Assembly: GCA_965198115.1 (NCBI GenBank)
Contig: OZ240241.1
Coordinates: 4,480,001 to 4,544,000 of the forward strand
Direction of reading: 5' to 3'
Origin: Candidatus Latescibacterota bacterium
GTDB taxonomy: Bacteria; Latescibacterota; UBA2968
Length of the DNA stretch: 64,000 nucleotides
Below are positions 20,605 to 31,124 of the stretch, piece by piece (position 1 is the stretch's first letter; every line of letters starts with the position of its first letter). The translations under genes were made by a program, and so were the position numbers. The notes below the pieces were generated by a model. That model ran no database searches. It saw only the letters and a list, made by a program, of their open reading frames with translations, and was not told the origin of the DNA.

Positions 20605-21825
20605 TCAAGGCGCAGCCGCGTCTTCTCCAGCTCCCCCGCTCAGGGCTTCCTCGAAGATCCCCGAGAGAATCGTCAGGTCGGCCAGATCGATGGCCCCGTT
20701 GGCATTCAGATCGAACCGGCCGTCGAACCCTTGTTGCGTAGACGTCGTCCCGAAGACCGAGGCAAACAGAAGAAAGTCACGGAAGTCAGTAACCCGGCTG
20801 CCGTCGAAATCGATTGAACTGGAGATCAGAACCGACCCGGTTCCGGAATGCAGGAACCTGCCCCCCCGAAGCATTTCCCCTCGAACAAGGGAGACACGTG
20901 CTTCACGGAGACCCGCCTCCGGCGTGAAGATCAGGTTCCCGATGAAGCCCGAATTGTCACCGATGGCGTTCACCGTATCGGCCACCGTCACCAGAATCGA
21001 GGTGCCTGTCGTATCGGCCGGGAGGGTGCTCGCTCCCGCGAACACGCCACCGCTATCGACGGTACCGGGCTGGAACGACTCGAACGTAAGCCCGGGCTGA
21101 ACCACGAATTCCAAGATGAACCCGACGGCACTACGAATCCTGTTTCCGTGGACCTCCACCCTCACGTCCGAATCCGCACCCACACCGAACAGCTGGGTGC
21201 GTCCCTGATCCCGGCGCGGCTCCGGCTCTACGCGTGACGTATCTACATCGAGGGTAAGATCGAAATCCGTATTCGTGATCAGGAAGAACGCCTCGCCAAC
21301 CGCCACGGAATCACGCTGACCCGTGCGACCGTCGACCACCTGGGTCCGCCCGCCCTCGAGACGCACGGTCGTCCCCGAGTCGATGTCCTGAAGGGCACGC
21401 AGTTTCACCGTCGCGATGTATCCGTTCGCACCGATCGTACGGCTCGCTCCATTGAAGACGGATGTGATCGCTCCCCGCGCCTCTCCCGATCGCCCGACCA
21501 ACCCCTCGATGGAGTGGATGCTGAAGAACCTGGAGAACGCGTGCAGATCACCCGGGAGCGGGGTGTTCTCGAACACGAGCGTGATTCCTTCGATCGACAG
21601 CCCTTCCCCCTCTGGAAGGAACAGGTCGAACGTCACGAGTTCGCCCGAGGCGACGGGCGGAAGGGTTTGCGTGGAATCGTTGAAAATAGGCGGAATCGCC
21701 TCAACCTGCGTGTCGATCAACAGGGATTCACCTTCGAAGCTGCCCGCTGCAACGTCTACTGCCGGCAGCAGGATCGCCAGGGTGTAAAAAACCAGCCTGT
21801 TCAGGGATGTTCGAACGTGCATCAT
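20605..21825 (-). CDS. Secreted protein with two cohesin-like beta domains and a dockerin-like EF-hand tail
   Basis: Signal peptide; beta-rich domains ('GELVTFDLFL...GYIATVKLRA', 'VRVEVHG...GFILEF...GFIGNLIF'); tail 'IDFDGSRVTDFRDFLLFASVFG...RFDLNANGAIDLADL'. Confidence 0.65.
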   Translation of the reverse strand: MMHVRTSLNRLVFYTLAILLPAVDVAAGSFEGESLLIDTQVEAIPPIFNDSTQTLPPVASGELVTFDLFLPEGEGLSIEGITLVFENTPLPGDLHAFSRFFSIHSIEGLVGRSGEARGAITSVFNGASRTIGANGYIATVKLRALQDIDSGTTVRLEGGRTQVVDGRTGQRDSVAVGEAFFLITNTDFDLTLDVDTSRVEPEPRRDQGRTQLFGVGADSDVRVEVHGNRIRSAVGFILEFVVQPGLTFESFQPGTVDSGGVFAGASTLPADTTGTSILVTVADTVNAIGDNSGFIGNLIFTPEAGLREARVSLVRGEMLRGGRFLHSGTGSVLISSSIDFDGSRVTDFRDFLLFASVFGTTSTQQGFDGRFDLNANGAIDLADLTILSGIFEEALSGGAGEDAAAP

Positions 21826-22051
21826 CGGCTTTCCGTAACCTCGTGAATACGTCGAAAACGAAACCAAGAGCCCTCCTTCTTAGATCGGCCGTTTCGCCGT
21901 TCTCCTTGACCTCCGAGAATCCGAAAAAGACCGCCACGACGCGGAAAAACGAAGACAAGAGGGTGCCCATCACACCTCGGCGGTTTGAATCCGACCCGAC
22001 GCCCCCTATATTGCCTCCATCCGACTTTGAAAGGATGGTAGACCACCTCAC

Positions 22052-22669
22052 GTGACCGACATTCTCATCGTCTGCCAGGGCCAGGCCCAGACGCGGCGGG
22101 GTAACACCCTGTTCGGATGGTGGTCCGACGTCCCGCTCTCGTCACTCGGACGCCGTCAGTCTCTGCTGCTGGCAGGACGTCTCCAGACGGACTTCCAAGT
22201 CACCGCCCTCTACACAAGCCCGCTCCGCAGGGCGACCGAAATGGCTGATCTCATCGCCGATCAGGTCAAGGTTGTTCCTCAACAGCGGGCCGACCTGCGG
22301 GAACTCGACTGTGCGTCCCTCGAGGGCCTGTCCTACAAAGAAGCCTACGCCAAGTTTCCCGATTTAGTCCTCCACGGTCCCTCGGCAAGCGGTCACGGCG
22401 TCGAATCGTATGGCCAGTTCCAGGTACGCGTGGCGACGTCCATCAGGTCGATCATCCGGGAGAACAAAGGAGGGTGCGTCGTCGTCACACACGGGGGCCC
22501 CATCGTCGCCTACCTGCGCCACGTCCTCGGCCATACGTCCGGGGAGAATGAACCGGGACCCTACTTCGAAACGGCGCCCGCATCCGTACACGCTCTGTGC
22601 TTCGAAAGCCAAATCCCCACCGTCATCCGTCTCAACGACGTTTCACATCTCGCCGATGGCCCGAACTGA
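22052..22669 (+). CDS. Histidine phosphatase (PGAM-like) family protein with degenerate RHG motif
   Basis: 'PLSSLGRRQ', 'LYTSPLRRA', 'LRELD', 'VVVTHGG', 'LNDVSHL'; RHG replaced by CQG. Confidence 0.85.
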   Translation: MTDILIVCQGQAQTRRGNTLFGWWSDVPLSSLGRRQSLLLAGRLQTDFQVTALYTSPLRRATEMADLIADQVKVVPQQRADLRELDCASLEGLSYKEAYAKFPDLVLHGPSASGHGVESYGQFQVRVATSIRSIIRENKGGCVVVTHGGPIVAYLRHVLGHTSGENEPGPYFETAPASVHALCFESQIPTVIRLNDVSHLADGPN

Positions 22670-23915
22670 CGCTCAAACGAACACCTACCCTGCGCGGACC
22701 CATCGGGACTCCAGAATCGCCGACCTGCAACCGGGCGTGCGTGCCACGATCGCCGGCCGACTGTTGATGTCCGGGGCAACCGTGCGACTTAGAGACGCGA
22801 GCGGCGAAGTCCCCATCGATCGGATCAGCGCCCCTGCAGACAGCATCGTCGAATGCATCGGACGTTGGAATCCACCCACGTTCACGGTCGATGCGGTCGA
22901 AGTCCTGGCGCCCTCGTCCCGACGCCCAGAGGCTACGACAGGTCAGATCCGGATGCGAGCCAGGATCCTCCGGCGGACGAGGGAGTTTTTCCACTCCCGT
23001 CATTTTGTCGAAGTCGAAACCCCCCTGCTGGTTCCGACGCCGGGAATGGAACCCCATTTGCGAGCCTTCGAAACGCTGAGCCAGCGGAAGACCCGGCGAT
23101 TTCTCCCCACATCCCCCGAATACGCAATGAAGCGGCTCCTCGCCCGTGGCGAAGAGCGGATCTATCAGATCTGCAAGGCCTTCCGGGACGAGCCGTTCTC
23201 GCGCTTCCACAGCGCCGAATTCACGATGCTCGAGTGGTATCGGGCCTTTGCTTCCTTCGAGGATATCGCGCACGACACGGAAGAACTCGTCAGCTGCCTG
23301 GCGGAGGAGACCCTCGGTAGCGCGCACCTCACAGTCGGGAGCGATCGAATCGCCCTCACTCCCCCCTGGGAACGGCTCACGGTCGACGAAGCCTTCGACC
23401 GGTATGCGTCGATCGACCGGCTTCCGGCTGCCGACCCGAGGGGATTCGTCCAAAGCTGTCTCGGCGATGCCACGTTGGGAGTGACACGGGAAGACACTTT
23501 TGAGGACATCTTCTTCAGGGTGTTTCTCGACCGCGTCGAACCCCGATTGGGGCGATCGAAGCCGACCATCCTCACAGACTACCCCGCCTCGATGGCCGCG
23601 CTCGCCAAATGCCGCGACGCTGCGCCACACACCGCAGAACGTTTCGAAATTTTCATCGGAGGCATTGAGCTTACGAACGCGTTCACCGAGCTCAACGACC
23701 CCGTCGAGCAGCGGGAACGCTTGAAGACCGAGGCCGGCGAGCGGACCCGCCACGGGATGCCCGAACAACCGATCGACGAAGCGTTCCTCGGCGCGCTCGA
23801 GATGGGAGTGCCACCTGCGGGCGGTATCGCTCTCGGGGTCGACCGCTTGATCATGCTCATGACGGAATCCACCCACATCAGGGATGTTTTGGCGTTTCCT
23901 GATCCACACATCTGA
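22656..23915 (+). CDS. epmA: EF-P lysine aminoacylase EpmA/GenX with N-terminal OB-like extension
   Basis: '[16 protein letters not shown]', '[13 protein letters not shown]', '[11 protein letters not shown]', 'EFTMLEWYR', 'ERFE', '[10 protein letters not shown]'. Confidence 0.9.
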   Translation: MARTDAQTNTYPARTHRDSRIADLQPGVRATIAGRLLMSGATVRLRDASGEVPIDRISAPADSIVECIGRWNPPTFTVDAVEVLAPSSRRPEATTGQIRMRARILRRTREFFHSRHFVEVETPLLVPTPGMEPHLRAFETLSQRKTRRFLPTSPEYAMKRLLARGEERIYQICKAFRDEPFSRFHSAEFTMLEWYRAFASFEDIAHDTEELVSCLAEETLGSAHLTVGSDRIALTPPWERLTVDEAFDRYASIDRLPAADPRGFVQSCLGDATLGVTREDTFEDIFFRVFLDRVEPRLGRSKPTILTDYPASMAALAKCRDAAPHTAERFEIFIGGIELTNAFTELNDPVEQRERLKTEAGERTRHGMPEQPIDEAFLGALEMGVPPAGGIALGVDRLIMLMTESTHIRDVLAFPDPHI

Positions 23916-23935
23916 ACCGTTACCGGAGGAAAACG

Positions 23936-24697
23936 ATGGGTCAACTCGAAGGCAAGGTCGCCCTCATCACCGGCGGGGGTACCGGGATCGGCCGGGCAAC
24001 CGCCCTGCGCTTTGCTCGAGACGGCGCCGATGTCGCCGTCAACTACAGTCGATCGAAGGACGACGCCGACCAGACCGTGGCCGACCTCGAAGCCCTCGGA
24101 CGGAAGGCCGTCGCCATCCAGGCCGACGTGTCGGACAACACCTCGGTCGTAAAAATGGTCGAAGAGACGGTCGCTGCCCTGGGCAGGCTCGATATCCTCG
24201 TCAACAACGCGGGCACCACCAGGATGGTCCCCCTCGACGACCTCGATGGCCTTACCGACGAAGACTGGAACCGGACCGTGGCGGTCAACGTCAAAGGGAC
24301 CTTCTACACCTGCCGGGCGGCGATTCCCAGAATGAAGGAGACCGGAGGCGGCCGCATCGTCAACGTCGGCTCGATCGCCGGCACGACCGGCCAGGGCAGT
24401 TCGATCGCCTACGCGGCGTCCAAAGCAGCCATCATCTGCATGACGAAGTCGCTCGCCGTGAGCCAGGCTCCCGAGATCCAGGTCAACGTGGTCTCTCCGG
24501 GCCTCGTCGAGACCCGCTGGTCCGCGGGCTGGGAGGAGTCCAATCAGGGCCACGCTCGGAGCACACCCATGCACCGTAACGCCCAGGCCGAAGATGTGGC
24601 CGAAGCCATCTACGGGGTCGCAACCAGCGGGTTCGTGACCGGTCAGAACCTGATCATCGACGGCGGCCGCACCCTCTGGCTCTCTGCTGCCCGATAG
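23936..24697 (+). CDS. SDR family oxidoreductase
   Basis: 'ITGGGTGIG', 'NNAG', 'YAASK'. Confidence 0.93.
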   Translation: MGQLEGKVALITGGGTGIGRATALRFARDGADVAVNYSRSKDDADQTVADLEALGRKAVAIQADVSDNTSVVKMVEETVAALGRLDILVNNAGTTRMVPLDDLDGLTDEDWNRTVAVNVKGTFYTCRAAIPRMKETGGGRIVNVGSIAGTTGQGSSIAYAASKAAIICMTKSLAVSQAPEIQVNVVSPGLVETRWSAGWEESNQGHARSTPMHRNAQAEDVAEAIYGVATSGFVTGQNLIIDGGRTLWLSAAR

Positions 24698-24794
24698 TCC
24701 GCGGCCTTCGGTCGTTGCCCGGGACGGTGGTGCGTCCCGGGCAGCCATCTCTGGAAAATTATTCCGAGCACCGGAAAAATTATCCGTCCGCTTC

Positions 24795-24823
24795 TTGACT
24801 CCCTTCAGCCGCGAGCCTACATT
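24795..24823 (+). promoter_or_regulatory. Sigma70-like promoter upstream of the response regulator/kinase operon
   Basis: TTGACT-N17-TACATT. Confidence 0.6.
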
Positions 24824-25044
24824 CAAGTCCGGAATTGACAGCAGGTTAGCGCCCACATCCGGTCCGTGAGCCACACCCCCTGTGGTGTGGATTCCGCTTT
24901 GCACTGCGCTTGGGGATCCAGACCGGTCGTGGAGCGTTTTCGAAGGGTCGCGGCCTCCCCCTCGAGCCGAACCTCCTTCGAACACTCCCCGCACGCTGGC
25001 GTCTCGACCGGACACGGGTCGACACCCTCACACCGGGCATTCTT

Positions 25045-25602
25045 ATGGCTGGTGAATCCATCCTGATCGTCGACGATGACCCCTTTATGCGCGAACTCCT
25101 CCAGGAGTCGCTCACCGAGGCGGAATTCGTCGTCGACGTGGCCGAAACCGGCAAAGACGCACTTCATCGAGTAAGCACGCGGGAATTCCACGTCGCGCTG
25201 ATCGATCTCAGTCTGGAGGACATGAGCGGACTCGACGTCGTCGACACGCTGATCGACGGATCTCCAGACACGCGTATCATCATCATGACCGGCTACCCGA
25301 GCATCCAGACGGCCATCGACGCGCTGCGACGGGGCGCTCAGGACTACATCATCAAGCCTTTCAAAATGCCCGAAGTCCAGGCCGCCGTCGCTCGGAGCCT
25401 GCGTGTGCAAAAGATAGAGGCCGAAGTTCGGTCGCTTAGGCTCAAGGTGCGGGATCAGGAACAGGAAATCACACGACTTCGCGCCGGGACCCCGGGGCGA
25501 CCCGTCGCCGGCGGGCCCCAGGCGGCCCCACGGCCTGCCGCACTTCCGGGCTCCTACGGTGCACCCCGGGCACAACCGCCCGAGGAAGAAGGTCAGGCGT
25601 GA
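25045..25602 (+). CDS. Response regulator (receiver plus coiled coil)
   Basis: 'ILIVDDD', 'ALIDLSL', 'MTGY', 'YIIKPF'. Confidence 0.9.
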   Translation: MAGESILIVDDDPFMRELLQESLTEAEFVVDVAETGKDALHRVSTREFHVALIDLSLEDMSGLDVVDTLIDGSPDTRIIIMTGYPSIQTAIDALRRGAQDYIIKPFKMPEVQAAVARSLRVQKIEAEVRSLRLKVRDQEQEITRLRAGTPGRPVAGGPQAAPRPAALPGSYGAPRAQPPEEEGQA

Positions 25603-25922
25603 GCCTCCAGGACATCCGTCGTCTCGAACACCGGGCCTCAGAGCTCGCCAACCGGATCGGGAAGAAACTCTCCGAAGGCGAGAATCCGACGTCTCTGCTC
25701 CAGGACATCCAGGAGCAGATCGATGTCGTCAACGTCCTGCACCGCGAGATTCAGGTCCTGGCAGAGGCTCCCGACGGTCGGCTCAGCGTGGCGGCGCTCA
25801 AGCGCTTGAAGGCATCCTTCAAAGCCCTCGCCGACTGCGTGGACGCCAATGTCCAGACGGCACGGAAGAAGGGAGTCCGCATCACGCCGCCGGCCGAACC
25901 GGCTCGGGGAGCGACGCGCTGA
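25599..25922 (+). CDS. Small helical protein, possibly flagellar chaperone-like (FliT/FlgN-like)
   Basis: GTGA overlap; amphipathic helices; function from context only. Confidence 0.45.
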   Translation: MSLQDIRRLEHRASELANRIGKKLSEGENPTSLLQDIQEQIDVVNVLHREIQVLAEAPDGRLSVAALKRLKASFKALADCVDANVQTARKKGVRITPPAEPARGATR

Positions 25923-25927
25923 AGCCC

Positions 25928-27150
25928 ATGTCCGATACCACGCCCGACGACCTGGCTGCGTTCGCGGAGGCTTACACGGCCTTTAACAGCGCGCTCGAAA
26001 AGCTGGCCGCTTCCCAGCGCGATCTGGAGTCCCACTTTCACACACTGAGCCACAGTTACAGGCCACCAACGAGCGATTGCAAAGCAGCCTCGAGGACGAA
26101 AACCGGCTCAGCGCCTATCTTGAAAGCATGCTCGAGGGACTGAGTTCCGGGATCGTCGCCGTCGACACGGCCAACCGCGTGACGCTCATCAACGAAGCCG
26201 CCGCGAGCCTCCTCGAATGCCGACCCGAATCGATCCTGCACGAGCCCGCAGAAACGGTGCTCGGCGACGCGGCCAGTCTTCTTCACCTCACCATCACCGC
26301 CGGTGAGGGGGTGTCGGAACAGGATCGAGAGCTCACCGCCACCGAAGGTCATTCACGACCCGTGAGGTTCAAGACCGCCTGCCTGAGGAGTCGTGACGGC
26401 ACAGTGCTCGGTGCGCTGGCCATCATCGACGACGTGTCGCAGATGCGGGAGTTGTCGCGGCAGGCCAGCCGGGTGAGCACCCTGACCGCCTTGGGAGAAA
26501 TGTCGGCCACCGTCGCCCACGAAATCAGAAACCCTCTGGGCGGGATCGGAGGATTCGCCGACGTCCTGGCCCGCAAGCTCGAGCCCGACGACCCCAGGCG
26601 TCGCCTCGTCGTCAAGATCACCGAGGGCATCGATCGACTCAACAGCGTCGTTTCGAACCTGTTGACCTACACGAGGCCCGCCCAGCTCAACCTGCGTCCC
26701 GTCGAAGTCGTCGAGGACTGCGTCGGATTCTTCGAGATCGACGTTCAGCGCGACTACACGGTCGAGAAGCTGCCCTGCCAGATCGACCCGGAGCAGGTGC
26801 AGCAGATCGTCCTGAACCTCTTGCACAACGCCGTGCAGGCCATTCCAGAGTCCGGATGGGTCAGGATACAGGTTCGATCTGAAGACGATGCCGCCGGCCT
26901 CTACGAGTGGGAAGAAACGGCCACCCCCTCCTCACCCGTCGCCGTGCTCTCCATCGCGGATTCCGGCATCGGAATGACAAAGGACATTCAGGCCAAGCTG
27001 TTCCGTCCCTTCTTCACGACGAAAGAAGACGGCAACGGCCTCGGTCTGGCCACAGCCAAAAAAATCATCGAAGCACACGGGGGTGCCATCGACGTGCAGA
27101 GCAAGCCCCGTAAGGGTACGGAGTTCAGTGTGATTCTTCCGGTCGGCTGA
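25928..27150 (+). pseudogene. PAS sensor histidine kinase (FlgS/FleS-like), frameshifted near 26053
   Basis: MSDTTPDDLAAF...TLSH continues in another frame as QLQATNERLQSSLEDE; 'AHEIRNPL', 'NLLHNA', 'DSGIG', 'GNGLGL'. Confidence 0.82.
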
Positions 27151-27188
27151 ACACACCTTCCCGGCGCGCACCGGGAACAGTCAGAGGA

Positions 27189-28592
27189 ATGAACATGAAA
27201 AAGCTCCTGATCGTGGACGACGACGGATACTCTCGGTCATCCTTCGTATCCCAGCTCGAGGACGCCTACGAAGTAGACGAAGCCGAAAACGGCGACGAGG
27301 CGCTCACAAAACTCGCCGAAGGGGACTTCGACGTCGTCCTCTCCGACATTCGCATGCCGGGCATGTCGGGCATCGACCTGCTCGAGAGAGTGACCGAACG
27401 GCACCCCGACGTGCGGGTCCTCATGATCTCAGCACTCGATCAGGTCGACACGGCCGTCGAAGCCATGCGAAAGGGCGCCTACGACTACCTCGTCAAAGGG
27501 GAAGTCGTGGGTGACGAGCTGGGTCTGCGAGTCGACCGGGTGCTCGAAGTGCAGGAGCTCAAAAAAGAGAACACCCGACTCAAAACCGAGCTTGGGCAAC
27601 GGTTCAGCTTTGGAAACATGGTCGGAAAGACCAAGATCATGGACGAAGTCTTCGAGCTCGTCGAAACGGTGGCAAAGAGCCGGTCGACGGTCCTCATCAA
27701 CGGAGAGAGCGGAACTGGAAAGGAATTGGTGGCTCGCGCAATTCACTACAACAGCCCGCGGGCAGACCGACCCTTCATCAAACTCAACTGCGCCGCATTG
27801 CCACAAGACCTGATCGAAAGCGAGTTGTTCGGACACGAAAAAGGCTCGTTCACCGGCGCCGTCAAGCAGACGAAGGGGCGCTTCGAGCTCGCCGACGGCG
27901 GCACGCTCCTCCTGGACGAAATCAGCGAGATCGAACCGCCTTTGCAGGCCAAGCTGCTTCGCGTACTGCAGGAACGCGAATTCGAACGCATCGGCAGCGG
28001 GAACACCATCACCGTTGACGTCCGGATCGTCGCCACGACGAACCGGAACCTCAGAGAAGAGATCGAGAAAGGGAAATTTAGAGAAGACCTCTACTATCGG
28101 CTCAACGTCATTCCCATCCAGATGCCCACGCTGAGGGACCGGAAGGGTGACATCCCTTCGCTCGCAGAGCACTTTCTGGAGAAATACAACGCCGAAAACG
28201 AAAAAGAAATCAGCGGGTTCAACGAGAAGGCGATGGAAATTTTCATGGCCTACGACTGGCCGGGTAATGTCCGCGAACTCGAAAACTACGTCGAGCGCGC
28301 TGTCGTCATCTGCCAGGAACCGCAGGTGCGCGAAAATCACCTGCCCCTCGACATCCTCACCGGCGCACCGCGTACCGGCGGTGGAGACGACGGCGTCAGC
28401 GTCGGAACGACCGTCAGAGAGATGGAAAAGAGACTCATCCTCAAGACCCTCGAGGCCAGCGACGGAAACAGGACGAACGCCGCGGACTTGCTCGGAATCA
28501 GCTCCAGGACCCTGCGCAACAAATTGCACGAATACGGTATGGCCGGCATCTACCGAAAGGGCGCTCCCGCGTCGGAAAGCGCCGATGCCTGA
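27189..28592 (+). CDS. Sigma54-dependent NtrC-family response regulator (FlgR/FleR-like)
   Basis: Receiver domain; GESGTGKE; 'ELFGHEKGSFTGA'; 'WPGNVREL'; Fis-type HTH. Confidence 0.93.
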   Translation: MNMKKLLIVDDDGYSRSSFVSQLEDAYEVDEAENGDEALTKLAEGDFDVVLSDIRMPGMSGIDLLERVTERHPDVRVLMISALDQVDTAVEAMRKGAYDYLVKGEVVGDELGLRVDRVLEVQELKKENTRLKTELGQRFSFGNMVGKTKIMDEVFELVETVAKSRSTVLINGESGTGKELVARAIHYNSPRADRPFIKLNCAALPQDLIESELFGHEKGSFTGAVKQTKGRFELADGGTLLLDEISEIEPPLQAKLLRVLQEREFERIGSGNTITVDVRIVATTNRNLREEIEKGKFREDLYYRLNVIPIQMPTLRDRKGDIPSLAEHFLEKYNAENEKEISGFNEKAMEIFMAYDWPGNVRELENYVERAVVICQEPQVRENHLPLDILTGAPRTGGGDDGVSVGTTVREMEKRLILKTLEASDGNRTNAADLLGISSRTLRNKLHEYGMAGIYRKGAPASESADA

Positions 28593-28750
28593 CACCTTCA
28601 TCGCCGAACGAGGACCCGTCACGGTCGGGGCGTTTCTGTTTCCGGTCCCCGGAAGGGGAAGCAACGCTCAAACTCGCTTCTGAATCTTCAGGAAGGGTAA
28701 TGACAAGCGCAGAATAAATTAGAGTTGGTAACTTATCGTATTATCAAGTC

Positions 28751-28779
28751 TTGATAAATCTCCGCCAACACATTATACT
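28751..28779 (+). promoter_or_regulatory. Sigma70-like promoter
   Basis: TTGATA-N17-TATACT in an AT-rich patch. Confidence 0.6.
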
Positions 28780-29071
28780 CTTCACAACCCAAAAGCATCA
28801 TACACGGCAACCGCTCCACGAGGCCTGTCTCCGGCCCAAACATCTGACGCTGCATACGACGACGACAAGCAGACCCGTCCTCTGGGATCGCGCGATCCTT
28901 CGCAGCGGAGCAGAGCCCGGGCCGTCGAGCGCAACGAGCCGGCCGGGAGCGTGAGTCGAGAGCCGCAACCTCAACACCGGAGGGGATGATGCCACCGGGC
29001 AGTCTATGCGGGCGCGGCGTTAACCTTTCGTCGTGCCCGCTACGCATTTCCCCTCCCCCTGGAGCCCTCCT

Positions 29072-29506
29072 ATGAAAGTCAACGACATTCTCCAAACCAA
29101 GGGCACACGCGTCGTGTTCGTCGGACCCGACCTCAAGTTGTCCGAAGCGCTCGACACCATGATCTCCAACAAAGTCGGGGCCCTGCCCGTCAAGGACAAG
29201 TCCGGCGACATCATCGGCATCATCACCGAGCGCGACCTGATGAGAGCCGTTCACCAGAACGCCGACCTCGATGCCGAGCGCGTCGTCGACCGAATGACGC
29301 AAGACATCGTCGCCGGCCACCTCGATGACAGCCTCGAGCACGTCATGGCCACCATGACGGAGCGTCGTTTCAGACACATGCCGATCCTCCAGGAAGGTAA
29401 GCTCGTCGGCATCATGAGCATCGGCGACCTCGTCAAATCGCAGCTACGCCACGTCGAACGACAGGTCAGCGAACTCACCGACTACGTCGCAGGAAACGCA
29501 GCGTAA
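29072..29506 (+). CDS. CBS-pair protein
   Basis: 'GALPV', 'GIITERD', 'RFRHMPI', 'GIMSIGDLVK'. Confidence 0.92.
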   Translation: MKVNDILQTKGTRVVFVGPDLKLSEALDTMISNKVGALPVKDKSGDIIGIITERDLMRAVHQNADLDAERVVDRMTQDIVAGHLDDSLEHVMATMTERRFRHMPILQEGKLVGIMSIGDLVKSQLRHVERQVSELTDYVAGNAA

Positions 29507-29563
29507 ACAGAAAAAGGCCGCCCTGTCCTAGACAGAGCAGCCCTGTCAGGTTTGTCGACGTCG

Positions 29564-30787
29564 CTACCGGTATCCGTCGTTCACCTCCCCGACCTCACGA
29601 ACCAGTCTGATTCCGATTCCGATCCCCGCACCCTCGGTTTCCGTAAAATCTCTGGCCGCAGAGCGCACGCCCTCGCGACTCGACTGGTAAGACCCGCCGC
29701 GTACGACCCGCTTCGAGCGATACCCCGAATCCGAGTGCACACCCGATGCAGGGCCCGACGGGTCGATCTGAAGTCCCCCCGTGTAGGGTCGATACCAGTC
29801 CTGGACCCACTCGGCCACGTTGCCGTGCACATCGTAAAGACCCCAGTCATTCGGACGTCGAGTCCCCACGGGGTGCGCGAAACCTTCCCCACGGTTAAGG
29901 GTGTTCGCCTCGATCCACGCGTATTCCGTCAGATCGACTTCATCCGAACCCCACGGCGTTTGCGAACCCGCGCGGGCCGCATACTCCCATTCGGCCTCGG
30001 TCGGTAGCCGGTAGACGGGTCTGCCCGCGTGCGCGTTCAGGGCGCGCAGGAGATCCTGGACCCCCTCCCAGCCCGTGCTTTCGGCCGGGTAGGCATCCCC
30101 ATCTGGCGAGAACACGAGCGCGTCGGGATTTCCGATCCGTTCCACCACGTCCCGATACGTGCGCCACGGCGTCGTCCCGACCGCCTGGTACCACTGTCTT
30201 TGCGTCAGCTCGTGCCGACTGACGTAGTAATCGCGCGTCAAGACCACTTCGACGCGCGGGCCTTCGTCGACCGAGCGGCCGGGCTCCGTCGCGGGTGACC
30301 CCATCCAGAACTTGCCCGCGCGAACCCGTACTATCTCGATCTCGGTCCCTCCCGGCAACGAGAAAATCCGGACGTCCGACGGATGTGGAATGGCGTAGGT
30401 CGAGCGGGAACCGTTGAGATCGAGCGTTAGATGGTATTCGCGCCCGGCGTTGAGCGGCAGGCTGGCCCACGATCCGAGTGGACGACCGGCCAGCGAAGCG
30501 ATCGCTTCGTAATAGCCGTGCGTGGACGGCAGATGGAAGATCGACTTTCCGCGATCGTCCGTGCGCTCTGCGATAGAGCGACCGGGTCGTCCTGAGGGCC
30601 GGAGTCGGACGTCCACACCCTTTACGGGTGTGCCGGTGTCGGTGAGAGTCACCACCACCGACAACCGTTTCGAGACGGCTGGCTTGGACAGGACACCGGG
30701 CGCGAGGGAAAGCGCGCCATCGGTTCCACATCCGAAGACGGATAGGGTCGCCAGCCAGAGACCCAGGCGCAGGGGGAGTGTGCGCAC
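29564..30787 (-). CDS. Lipoprotein with FGE-sulfatase/SUMF1-like domain
   Basis: Lipobox 'VFGC'; 'FWMGS', 'YRLPTEAEWEYAARAG', 'PNDWGLYDVHGNVAEWVQDWY', 'RVVRGGS'. Confidence 0.9.
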   Translation of the reverse strand: MRTLPLRLGLWLATLSVFGCGTDGALSLAPGVLSKPAVSKRLSVVVTLTDTGTPVKGVDVRLRPSGRPGRSIAERTDDRGKSIFHLPSTHGYYEAIASLAGRPLGSWASLPLNAGREYHLTLDLNGSRSTYAIPHPSDVRIFSLPGGTEIEIVRVRAGKFWMGSPATEPGRSVDEGPRVEVVLTRDYYVSRHELTQRQWYQAVGTTPWRTYRDVVERIGNPDALVFSPDGDAYPAESTGWEGVQDLLRALNAHAGRPVYRLPTEAEWEYAARAGSQTPWGSDEVDLTEYAWIEANTLNRGEGFAHPVGTRRPNDWGLYDVHGNVAEWVQDWYRPYTGGLQIDPSGPASGVHSDSGYRSKRVVRGGSYQSSREGVRSAARDFTETEGAGIGIGIRLVREVGEVNDGYR

Positions 30788-30998
30788 GGATCACCTTCCT
30801 GAAGGGGAATGTCAGGATGATGGCGAATGTGTTATCGTTATCGGTCAACGGCCAAAAAACTGTAGACCTGGCAGCAAAGATACAGGCTAAGGCCTGAAAT
30901 ATCAAACAGTTGTCACTAAATCTAGATCGAGGAAGATCGGGGAACCCCGCGCCCACACGATCGTTTAAGGGGTGAGCTATTAGAAACAGTCCGGTTAT

Positions 30999-31027
30999 TG
31001 GACTGTCACGTTAGCTCACATTATACT
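30999..31027 (+). promoter_or_regulatory. Sigma70-like promoter with no credible ORF downstream
   Basis: TGGACT-N17-TATACT. Confidence 0.45.
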
Positions 31028-31091
31028 TAGCACCTACCGCGTGGCGTGCGGCAGAGTAGCCGTTACGGTTACCCCGCATCCAACCGGCAGA

Positions 31092-31124
31092 CGAAGGCGC
31101 CCAACCCTCCCGTGGGCGCCTTCG
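31092..31124. terminator. Strong hairpin at the modC 3' end (possibly bidirectional terminator)
   Basis: cgaaggcgccca-accctcccg-tgggcgccttcg (12-bp perfect stem, no clear U-tract). Confidence 0.65.

Noticed and set aside
28800-28850. c-di-GMP-I riboswitch
   Set aside because: Only superficial resemblance; lacks the GAAA tetraloop and GACGCAAAG core
29564-29720. FGE-sulfatase C-terminus as a diversity-generating retroelement target
   Set aside because: No reverse transcriptase or template repeat is visible in the window; the fold alone is not evidence
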